Source: Candidatus Saccharimonadota bacterium
Lineage (GTDB): Bacteria > Patescibacteriota > Gracilibacteria > Absconditabacterales > Absconditicoccaceae
Direction of reading: 5' to 3'
Assembly (NCBI GenBank): GCA_030429145.1
Contig: JAUIDC010000001.1
Coordinates: 90,001-122,000 of the forward strand
DNA: 32,000 nucleotides
Shown: positions 10,002-19,199 of the stretch, one piece after another
Layout of the letters: every line of letters begins with the position of its first letter
Numbering within the stretch: the stretch's first letter is position 1
The notes under the pieces: model-generated
Databases searched by the model: none
What the model was told of the DNA's origin: nothing
What the model saw: the letters and a program-made list of their open reading frames with translations, nothing else
Translations under genes and position numbers: made by a program

Positions 10002-11150
10002 TTAGGGATTAGGGATTAAATGTGTTCTTGGGAATATAGTAGCATGAGTTATCATGGGTTGGTTAGTTAACCAATGCATCAGCCTTTGTCGTCCTACTCC
10101 AAATCCACTCGTAGTCGCATAATTTATTCCATCTCTGGATGAGAGATATGGCAGATAATCTTCTTGAGGCAGATTAAAGATATTTGCTTTTTGTAAGAGT
10201 ACTTCCTTATTTCTTATTCTTTGACCGCTACCAATCACTTCTCTATATCCATGTAATATCATGTCTGCATTTTTAGCTAAAGGATGTCCTTCTATTTCCT
10301 CATCAGCAACATCATGATAGAAGGGAATTTGAAGCATAGGAAAGCTATGAACAATATAATTCCCCCTTAAAATTTCTCCTAATCTTATTTCTTCCCATGA
10401 ACCAAAGTTTTTTAATGAAAACTCCTTGTAAACTTCATCCTTCGTATCATCATATAGGAGATTCAATGCCTCTCTTAAAGATAGCCTTACCATGTTTTTG
10501 TTAATAATATCTTTTTTTTCTTGTAATTGTTCATCAGTAAGAAAGAACTGCAAATCCTCTTGGTTATGTTCCATCACATAACCAATAATAAACTTAAAAA
10601 GGTCTGAAAATATTCAAATATTTTCCTCAAAATTTACCTTCCCTTCAAACTCAATATGCTGAAATTCCGTCAAATGAGAAAAATCAGATTTTTCTTTCCT
10701 AAAACTATTATATATACTGAATACCTCATCTATATTCGCTTCACAGAGAGCTAGTTCTAGATATAGCTGAGAACTTTCTGAGAGAAATATTCTTTTATTG
10801 CTTTCAAACCATTGAGGTATTTCAATAGGCAAGGCATCTGTAGTGTAATTCAATGTTTGTCCTGCATAGACTTCTCATGGTGAAGAAATCATAAGTGTAG
10901 TTATAGGAACATTACACCACTGAGCTTTTCTGTTTATAAAGAAAGTAGTTGTAGCTTGAAAAATTGCATTGTCTAACCTCGCAAGATGATTGAGCATTTG
11001 CACTCTTTTTTCTGAAGAGTTATCTATGGGCTGAATATCTTGGAAGGAAGCAAACTGGATATTTTCTATAGGTGCAAAAATTTTATTTCAACTATAAGAT
11101 ATAGTTTTATTATTATCCAAGTTCGCTTTATAAGGCATACATATTCACAT
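10002..11150 (-). CDS. Class IIb aminoacyl-tRNA synthetase catalytic-core paralog (AsnRS/AspRS/AsnA-like) without a recognisable anticodon-binding domain
   Basis: Motif 1 region FFINRKAQWCNVPITTLMISSPGE. Motif 2 SFRKEKSDFSHLTEFQHIEFEG. Motif 3 TSGFGVGRQRLMHWLTNQPMITHATIFPR. Joins three track ORFs through TGA at 10614 and 10875 (plus others). Start is ATG 11150 or 11138. TAA stop at 10002-10004. Confidence 0.8.
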
Positions 11151-11161
11151 AAGAAATAAAT

Positions 11162-11617
11162 TTATTTTTTATGCTGACGTATTTTACTGGCTAACTCCTC
11201 TAATTCCTCATCCGATTTCTCATAACCTAGAATGGTACTAATATACCCTCTATATTCAGGGAAAAACACTCTTTCCTCTGAACCCATAGGAGTAAATTTC
11301 TCCGTTAATCCATGGAGTGGATAAAGCTTCATATGAGCATGATTAATACCCATTCCTTCCATTACCATTGCCACCCTCTTTACATCTAATGCTTCTTGTA
11401 ATAGCTCTGCAACTTTTTTAGTTGACGATAAATATGCCATATAATCCTTTTCTGGCATATCAAACACATGTGAATCATGGTGCTCCCTAGAAAGCACCAA
11501 AGCCATGCCTTCTGTATTAGGAAATTTGTCTAAAATTGCTACTACATTTTCATCCTCATAGATTTTAGCACCATATTTCTTTCCATCTACTATATCACAA
11601 AAAAGACAGTTTTTCAT
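11162..11617 (-). CDS. HIT (histidine triad) family hydrolase
   Basis: MKNCLFCDIVDGKKYGAKIYEDENVVAILDKFPNTEGMALVLSREH...GMGINHAHMKLYPLH. CxxC-like N-terminus plus a HxHx(K) triad-like motif. First gene of the operon. Confidence 0.75.
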   Translation of the reverse strand: MKNCLFCDIVDGKKYGAKIYEDENVVAILDKFPNTEGMALVLSREHHDSHVFDMPEKDYMAYLSSTKKVAELLQEALDVKRVAMVMEGMGINHAHMKLYPLHGLTEKFTPMGSEERVFFPEYRGYISTILGYEKSDEELEELASKIRQHKK

Positions 11618-11741
11618 CGCAATAAGAAGAAATAATTGGCTTTATAATAAGTGATACGACATCATTTACAAATCCAAAAAAGAATTTATGATAAGTATTG
11701 GTTATCAGGAAAATTCTCAAAAAAACTTATATATAAGTTAG

Positions 11742-11767
11742 TCTCTCACATGATAGTATATAAACAA
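11742..11767. repeat. Copy 2 of the perfect 26-bp direct repeat, tctctcacatgatagtatataaacaa
   Basis: Identical to 5242-5267 and exactly 6500 bp away. It lies 125 nt upstream (minus sense) of the HIT gene start. Confidence 0.9.
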
Positions 11768-11787
11768 ATTAGTATATATACTATTTC

Positions 11788-12450
11788 TTAAACTAAGAAT
11801 GAATTAGCAATTCTTTCTAATGCCTCATTATCAACTTTAGTTATTTTATGTAATTCACTATCATCTAAATTAGCTAATATTTGTTCTGCAAGAGCTCATT
11901 TATCTCTTAATCTTAAATCTGCTTTAAATTCAACATCTAATTCCTCATTTTCTATATATTTATCCATTTGACTTAGCATGCCTTTATTCAGTTTATTTAA
12001 CTTTATTAATGTTTCATAATTTAGCTTATAGTGAGACTTATGTAGTAAGTATATAAAATCAGGGTCTAATAAATCTTTTCCACCTTTGTATTTTTCTATA
12101 GTATTCATTAGTGCTCTATATTTCCCGGTTAACTTACCTTTACATTGTGGACATGCATATACATCATAGAAATCCTTTATGCTTCCTACTTCTTCGTTAA
12201 AAAGTATGTTAAAAAATCTTGAGGTAAGAGTGAAAAAGTAAATATGAGTTTCATCTATACTTACTATAAGCCACATGTGTCATTTGTCTCAAATGGCATT
12301 CGCAATATCTGGGTTTCCTCCCCTATTAATAAATTCTTGGGTACTCATACCATTTTTTAGAAAAACCCTATATATCTTTCCAACTTCAAAAATATCTACA
12401 GTCGACTTTGGCTTTAATCAAGAAAGTAAGTTTTCAAAAGGCTTATCCAT
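11788..12450 (-). CDS. Hypothetical 220-aa protein, candidate toxin partner of the adjacent Panacea-domain antitoxin
   Basis: MDKPFENLLSGLKPKSTVDIFEVGKIYRVFLKNG...GDKGHMWLIVSIDETHIYFFTLTS...CPQCKG...LHKSHYKLNY.... Extends track ORF 11896..12276 on both sides via TGA. The ATG at 12450 lies 11 nt after the stop of the upstream gene. The N-terminal pattern only weakly recalls PemK/MazF-type barrels. Confidence 0.55.
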
Positions 12451-12461
12451 TATTGTTTTAT

Positions 12462-12995
12462 TTAAATACTGAGATTATCTGCAAATCAGAAATAAATAGG
12501 TCTAAACATTTCTGTATTCAGATATCATGTTTCCTTGTGAGACTTATCTACAATCTCTTTAGTCCCTAACCTACCCAATTTATCTTTTACTTCCTCTACA
12601 ATAGAAATTTCTTTTTCGGATAAATGTTCTGCAAGGTTAATGGATTGCTTACATATAATTGCATATTTAATATATCATTCTTTCGTTTTCTTCTTATCGA
12701 TGCCTAAATAAGAACTATATAACTCATATTTCTTTTGCTCATCTTCATCTTCGATATCTGTTAATGAAACTCCTACTTTTTCAGTAATAATAAAGTCTAT
12801 TCTAGATTTAATAGATAGCGGAACGGGACCATAAGGTAATTTATAATAAATTTCTCCTGTAATAGAGACTTCTGTGCGTTTATAAAAAAGGAAATCAATA
12901 TAAAATAGTAATTTATATAATTTGGTTTGATATAAATCAGACAAATTCTCTGCTAAGTAGCAGATGATTGCTAAGTCTTTAGAAATCTCTCCCAT
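12462..12995 (-). CDS. Panacea (DUF4065, SocA/GepA-like) domain protein; probable antitoxin
   Basis: MGEISKDLAIICYLAENLSDLYQTKLYKLLFYIDFLFYKRTEVSITGEIYYKLPYGPVP matches the T-KL-KLLYY...G.P......Y....GPV signature of DUF4065. Continues through TGA at 12675 to TAA at 12462-12464. Confidence 0.7.
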
Positions 12996-13167
12996 GTATT
13001 AAGCCTAATATTTGAAAATAAATTTTTATTGGCTTTGCTTAAAGTAAAAATAAGTTAGATATTCAGTCGCGGAATGCAAGATAAACTTCATAAGCAATAT
13101 GGTATGGATTTTAAGAATAATTTTATATAAAATCATATAAATTTTAAATAAATCATTTTAGATAAAA

Positions 13168-13647
13168 ATGGAAGCATTAATAAGTGCTCTCACATGATGA
13201 TTAATAGGCTCTTTGGTGATTTATCACTTCACGCTTAAGAAAGACAGATTTTTAAATTTACAGCAAAAAGGAGAGCAATTACTACAATATATATACGAAT
13301 ACCAAGACATCCTAATGCTTGTAGATAGGGAACGCGAGAAGTTGGATGATATTAAGGATGACATTGTAAGTATAGAAGAAAAACGAGATAAAGCATATAA
13401 AGAATATAATTTGATTAATGACAGCAAACAACGTTTAAGGGAAAAAATATGGACGTTAATTAATATATACTTCCCGAGTTTAGCAGATGATTTTAGGGAG
13501 TATACTCATATTGAACTATCTCATACTCCGGATAAAGAAAAAAACGTCCAAACGATGCACTCAAGAGAAAATAAATTATCAGATATATCTCATAAATTAA
13601 TCAAGATAATCAATAAGGAAAGAGTATTTGGGATATGGAAAATTTAA
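13168..13647 (+). CDS. N-terminally membrane-anchored coiled-coil protein (159 aa)
   Basis: With ATG 13168 and two TGA=Gly, the N-terminus reads MEALISALTGGLIGSLVIYHF (TM-like). The rest is Lys/Glu/Asp-rich and heptad-like (REREKLDDIKDDIVSIEEKRDKAYKEY). Its 3' end overlaps the KAP gene start by 13 nt. Confidence 0.55.
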
Positions 13648-15980
13648 ATGAAACAATTATTACATATCTTATTATCATGCAGTATATCCCTGACAATCCT
13701 TTAGACAGCTATCAATATGACGAATTAAGAAGAGAGAACTTCATTAATTCACTTCTAAAGCTCATACAATATGGATGAAATGCACAAGACAATAAAAGCT
13801 CTGTTGTTTTAGGAATTGAATGAAAATGGGGAGATGGCAAGACTACTATTTTGAAATTTCTAGAAGAAAAATTAGAAGAGGAAGATACCATAGAAGTAAT
13901 GTGGTTCGAGCCATGGCTTTACAATAAAGATGTTGATATACATACTAAGTTTTTTGATGAATTAGCAAGTACATTATGAAGTAGTAAAAAAATAAAACTT
14001 GATGAAACACAAATACGTCAAATTGAACAATATAGCAAAATAATTTGACCTTTTCAGGACCCCACATGGGATACTGTAAAAGGCAAGGTTGGGAACTATC
14101 TAGTAGACGGGTTTATCACTATAGGCGTATTTGCCTGTACGGTCGCAACAAATATCACTTGGAAAGCAGTGTCATTTATATTAACATTTTTAATAACCTC
14201 TCGAAGAAAAATTATTTCTACTCGAGTAAATATTAAAATAACTAGAATTTTGAAAAATAAGGTAGATTTAGAACAACAGAGAGACAATATTTCTCATATT
14301 CTTTCATCTAAAGAAAAGAAATTAATCGTTATAATTGATGATATTGATAGGTTAGAAAGTGAACAATTAAAAGTTATTCTACAAATTGTCAAATCAAGCG
14401 CGAACTTTCCAAATGTCATATATATATTAAGTTATGATAGAGAAATTGTAGAAAATGTAATAAGTAATTTATATGGAAAAGAGAACAATTATCTTGATAA
14501 AATTATCCAGTTACCTGTCTCTCTTCCTCTTGTAAGAGAAGAAATAATAACAGAAATCTTGGATAAACACTTAGAACAATTTCTAGAATATATAAAATCT
14601 TTTTGACGAAAGACTTTAACGAAAGAAGAGACTAGTGAGCTAACAAATTTATTTGTAAAGGGCTATAAATTTTTCTTTAAAAACATTAGAGACATTAAAA
14701 AATACATTAACTTACTATATGTAGATTTTCTTACATTACAAAGTAAATACTCGTGACCGGAAATAAATATAATCGATTTTTTAATTATAGAAGCTTTTAA
14801 ACTATTTACCAAGCCTCTTTTCTATTTTCTATACTATCAAAAGAACAACTTGTTTTCATATAGAGGTAAAGATGACGCCCTAACCCCTCTACAAGAAATT
14901 TTTGATGATTTTTTAAAAAATAGAAATTTATTAGAATACAAAGAACTTCTATATGAACTGTTCCCTCAATTTAATAAACGCAACTATGGCATTGAAACAA
15001 CTGAAGAAATACAAAATAGAGTTTGCTCAAAAAAAAGTTTCCATAAGTATTTTGAGTTAGACATATTTTGAACTCCAAATAGTGAGTTTATAGAATTTAG
15101 GGAAAGAATAAAAAAATGACAAATGTCCCAAGCAATTAAAATATTTAAAAAAGTTGAAAATGAGGGATGAGCCTATGAGTTTATTGATAGAATTGGGAAA
15201 GTACTACTAATTGACAATAAAGAAACGCTCTCAGAAGTCGAAATAGTGGCTTTATTGCTTTTTTTAATCAACAATGAAAAAAATATAGATTTCAAACCTC
15301 TTGGTTTGTTTGACAGCTTGTATGGACCAGAAGTTATAATAATGAGAAGTATCTATCAATCCATGCTTAGATATTATGATAACAAAGATATCTTTCTCGA
15401 AATAATGTATGCTCTTATAGAAGGTGCAGATGATATTTGGCAAGTATGCAGATACTTTCGCAATCATTTACGAGATGAAAAAAATGAGGAAAGAACAAAA
15501 ATCGAAGATATTAAGTTACAAGAAAGATTGGGGGATGACATCAATTCTATATTAGATAAAATCAATCTTAAGATTAAAAACCTTCTTAAGAGTGGGAAAA
15601 TATTAGACCAAATCTCTCGAAGATTTATTTTATACTTCTATGCAACAATTTCTGGAAAACAGAAACAAGTACTTAATCGGGTAAAGAATATTTCACAAAA
15701 TATAACTACACTAAATAAATTTTATAAATCATATTTTACTAAATCCCACTCTCAAACAATGCCAATGTTTAGCTGAGACAAGATGGGACCTTTAAAAGAA
15801 AAAATATCCTTTGATATCAAAGGGTTAACAGAATGGCGCAAGTTATGAAAAATAGAAAAAGACCTTTCGAAATTATATTCTCATAATTTACTTACTGAAC
15901 ATGAATTTCAACTTGCTCAAAAAACTATTGAAGCATTTAAGAACAACAAAGAATATGATGATGATAATTATGATGATTAG
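13635..15980 (+). CDS. KAP family P-loop NTPase (781 aa) with two TM helices inserted in the NTPase domain
   Basis: Walker A VVLGIEGKWGDGKTTIL (first Gly = TGA at 13821-13823). Inserted TM pair LVDGFITIGVFACTVATNITWKAVSFILTFLITS. Walker B/KAP signature LIVIIDDIDRLESEQLKVILQIVK...NVIYILSYDREIV. Joins four track ORFs in one frame. TAG stop at 15978-15980. Confidence 0.85.
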
Positions 15981-16260
15981 ACTGCAAAACATAATTATAT
16001 AAAAAACAAAAGTAAAGCCAGTTCACAAGCCATATTACTCAATACCTCAAATCTTAAAATAATCAGTTTCGCAGTTTTTTAATATATTCTATTAAATAAT
16101 TAAAATATAAGGTCATAAAAGCATGTCATTATTTGGGCTTTTTCTTATATCTACAATTATAAATATCCATTTTCTTACAAATTTTTCTTATACTTTGTCT
16201 AAAAGTTGTATAGTATAGATTTTGGTTTGATTTTGGCTTACAAAACCTTACTTTCCTTAG

Positions 16261-16392
16261 TGCGACACTCTTATATTTATACCACACTATCCTTGAATAA
16301 TAAAAGGACGGTTTGCGATTTTCTCCGCTTACTGTCCTCACGGGCGTGTGGTGTATAAGGGTGTCGCAACCTGAGAGGTCGTAAGCCGTCCC
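16261..16392 (+). ncRNA. Unassigned GC-rich structured element (long imperfect hairpin with a competing downstream pairing); strand and function unknown
   Basis: gtgcgacact/cttata/ccacac (16261-16288) pairs with gtgtgg/tataag/ggtgtcgcaac (16347-16371). Inner hairpin aggacggt (16306-16313) / actgtcct (16332-16339). Alternatively, ggacggtttgcg (16307-16318) pairs with cgtaagccgtcc (16381-16392). It sits in a 450-nt non-coding gap upstream of the 16434/16563 CDS. Confidence 0.4.
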
Positions 16393-16562
16393 TATATTAT
16401 CATCATAGTGCTTATGACTGAAGGTTAAATGACATGCCTTCTTTTTTATTTTTTAGAAAAAGCACTATGTGGACATATAGCTTAGGATTGTGGGCATTAC
16501 TCACCTTTCTTTTATTAATGATTTGGAGTTTCCCTACCGGAGAAAAAGGATTGAGAGAGCCT

Positions 16563-17309
16563 ATGAAGTTAAAAGAGAATTTAAGAAACCGAAAGAAAAA
16601 CTGGATAAGAACTTTTCTTTCTATCATACTACTCCTCTCTCTTTGAAAAACTGTAATTTGACTAACTGCTAAATCTATAAACGACACTTATCATTCTATA
16701 GCCAGTAGTTTTTATTCTAATCCTATAATTACCATACATAACCTATCTGGTGATAAAATCAACTTATGAACTGATAATATTTTTCAAATTTTACTTACTG
16801 TTAATCACACCTCGACAGTTCTAATAAATAACAACTCTATTCCCCTATCTACTTGATTAATAATTTATACGGGAGATGCCTATTGATATACATGAATGAA
16901 CTTAGATATTATTGCAAAAAATAAATATAAACACACCGAAACACAAGTTCTCATCATGAGAAATTTTACGCAGAAAGAGATAGAAGAACAAAAGGTGAGA
17001 TTGGCTCAGCAACAGAAAGATGAAGCAGAAAGACAAGCTACCTTAGCACAAAGGGAAAAAATAAGAGCAAGCTTAGAAACCAAGTATAAAAATCTCTTCA
17101 CGAGAGGTTTATATCAATATGAGATAGAAGACAAATTATTTGATATGGGCTTTAAACAGACATCACAATGATACGGAGAAGCTCCTGATGGCTCTACCCA
17201 AGTTATTACTTACTATTGAAAAGATGAAGAAGGTTTCTTTATAGTTATTTCTCTTCAAGCTGGTTATTCCTCAAGTAAGTATTGGTATACTGTAGAAGTA
17301 AAAGAATAA
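16563..17309 (+). CDS. Hypothetical secreted/membrane-anchored protein (alternative start 16434)
   Basis: One frame is open 16434-17309 under code 25, joining track ORFs 16434..16646 and 16896..17171. MKLKENLRNRKKNWIRTFLSIILLLSLGKTVIG is signal/anchor-like. This is followed by a beta-rich segment, a charged coiled-coil (QKVRLAQQQKDEAERQATLAQREK) and a C-terminal YWYTVEVKE. TAA stop at 17307-17309. Confidence 0.5.
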
Positions 17310-17427
17310 AACTCTTGACATATTTACCTCTGAGACAAAAATGTCATTGAAAATGAAACGCCCCAAATATAAATAGATGTCATTCATATTTTAATAATAA
17401 TGAATGACCCTTATTCAACCCGCCGAT

Positions 17428-17607
17428 ATGGCAATGGTTGAGCTCGCTAGGGATAAGTTGTGAGATGTGATTAAAGATAAAAATGATATGGAGGTAGTAG
17501 AGTTCATTAACCAATGTAGAAGAATGGCAAATTTTGCTATTGATTGCGCAGAGCAGAAATTAGAAACTGGTTTATTATCTCAATCACAATCATGACTGGA
17601 GAATTAG
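17428..17607 (+). CDS. Small ORF (59 aa) overlapping the recombinase start; possible accessory/directionality factor
   Basis: MAMVELARDKLGDVIKDKNDMEVVEFINQCRRMANFAIDCAEQKLETGLLSQSQSGLEN (2 TGA=Gly). It overlaps the ATG at 17592 by 16 nt. No recognisable motif. Confidence 0.25.
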
Positions 17608-19199
17608 CAGTAGTATATAGCAGAATATCCTCAACAACACAAGAAAGCTGAGGTGGATTAAATAGTCAGGCTGTCGCATGTAGGCAATATTGTGACCATC
17701 ACAAATATGAAGTAATCAAAGAATTTAAGGATGTCATTTCGGGAGGAGAAGAAAATAGACCCGGGCTGAATGAACTCTTGAATTTTATAGATGAATACAA
17801 TAGGTCTCATAGCAAAAAAATTACTATTTTTGTTACCCATAGTGTTAATAGAATAGCAAGAAGCTTTGAAGTACATTTAAGTCTAACGACTAAACTACGC
17901 GTAAAAGGCATCAGAATTGAAACTGTAGAAATGAAGTTTGAAGAGACCCCTATCTGAAAACTCATAGAATGAATAATGGCATTACAATCTGAGTACTTCA
18001 GAAATGAGAATACAGAAAGAGTAATTTCCAGACAAGAAGCAAGATTATTGGATGGCTACCGGTCATTCGATTATCCTATTGGCTATGTAACAACTAATGC
18101 TCCAGCTGGAGGCAAATTACTTATTCCAGATGAGCCCAATGCATCTATCATAAAAGAAGCCCTTGAAGGTTATGCCTTTGGAAGATTTAATAGCATCTCA
18201 GAAGTCACAGAATTTTTGACAAAGAGAAATTTAGATTTAAGCAGGACTTCTAAGAAAAGGAAGAAAGATAGCAATATTATTCACAATTCTCTTACTGCAA
18301 GAATATTAAAACAAATACTTTATACGGGTTATATTCAATATCATAAAACCACATATAATAAAAAAGGATTAATCAAAAAACAGTGGAACATTCCTTTAAG
18401 AAAAGGCAAACATGAGTGAATAATTGATTTATCCACTTATTATACTATTCAAGAAAAACTAATTGGAAAAAGACCTTACGAAAAAGATATAAAGAAACAA
18501 AATAATGATTTCCCATTAAGGTGATACTTAGTATGTGATTGTTGCAACTTAAAATTTAGTTCCGGTCTTTCAAGAAGCGGAAGCAAGAAGCAAATACCCT
18601 ATTATCAATATAATAAAATCTGCCAAAACAAAGGAAAATCAATTAATGCAAACCACCTACACCATGAATTTGAGCATCTCATTAAAAGTCTAAAGCCAGA
18701 TAATAATTTCTTAGATTTTATGAAAATAATTATTCAATCAGAATACGAAAAGAGAAATAAAGATAAAACCATTAGTAAACAGCAATTACAAAGAAAACTT
18801 AGAGAATTAGATAAAGAAATAGATAATCTCATTAAAACCTTAGCTACAACAAACCTTCCTTTAACTAAGCAGAGAATAAGCCATAAGATTGAAGAAGCAG
18901 AGATGAAAAAACTACAAATGGAAGACGAAATTAATTGAACATCCGGCGATACGCTTCCTAAACAAGTTATTGATATAGCATGCTCAGTATTAGAAGACCC
19001 TTATTATATACGAGAGGGTGGATATATAGAGCAGAAACAAGCTTTAATAAATATTTTGTTCAGTAAAAAAATTCCAATCAATAAATCGACTGGAACTTTC
19101 TGAACACTGCCATTAAACAGTTTCTACCTATACTCTTTTAACAATTCAAAGTCTAAATTACAAACATCTGGAGGTGACGAGAGTCGAACTCGTGTCTAG
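17592..19199 (+). CDS. Large serine recombinase (integrase), 535 aa
   Basis: Resolvase-type catalytic N-terminus AVVYSRISSTTQESGGGLNSQ...PGLNELL...IFVTHSVNRIARS. Recombinase domain ...YTGYIQYH.... Zn-ribbon-like CDCCNLKF...YYQYNKIC, then a coiled-coil tail (LQRKLRELDKEIDNLIKTL). Joins track ORFs 17976..18419 and 18720..18938 via TGA. TAG stop at 19197-19199, inside ssrA (antisense). Confidence 0.85.

Larger units (their letters stand above)
11742..19199. mobile_element. Probable integrated genomic island at the 3' end of ssrA (boundaries uncertain; it may extend left to about 5.2 kb)
   Basis: A large serine recombinase gene abuts and overlaps the ssrA 3' end. The cargo is TA/defence-like. 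Hand spot counts of single 60-nt lines give about 20-25% GC here versus about 43% in secA. Confidence 0.4.

Noticed and set aside
11642-11665. A microcin-C-like precursor minigene upstream of the HIT gene (7-codon ORF MMSYHLL on the minus strand). Also the short ORFs starting at the ATG inside each 26-bp repeat (MGE...).
   Set aside because: MccA-type peptides end in Asn/Asp and need an MccB adenylyltransferase. The heptapeptide ends in Leu, no ThiF-like gene is present, and such tiny ORFs are expected by chance in AT-rich DNA.
13187-13198. Partial copies of the 26-bp repeat (ctctcacatgat at 13187-13198, ctcacatgat at 2701-2710) as additional att or operator sites.
   Set aside because: Both lie inside predicted coding sequence and match only 10-12 nt. 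They could be chance or decayed copies and are not strong enough to call.
16129-16341. A Lys/Arg-rich 70-aa minus-strand ORF in the 16-kb gap.
   Set aside because: It has no ATG (a GTG start only). Its composition is that of translated AT-rich DNA, and its 5' part overlaps the structured GC-rich element.
16261-16371. The long imperfect inverted repeat read as an integron attC site or a MITE.
   Set aside because: There are no RYYYAAC/GTTRRRY core sites at the ends, no integron integrase, and no target-site duplication that I can see.
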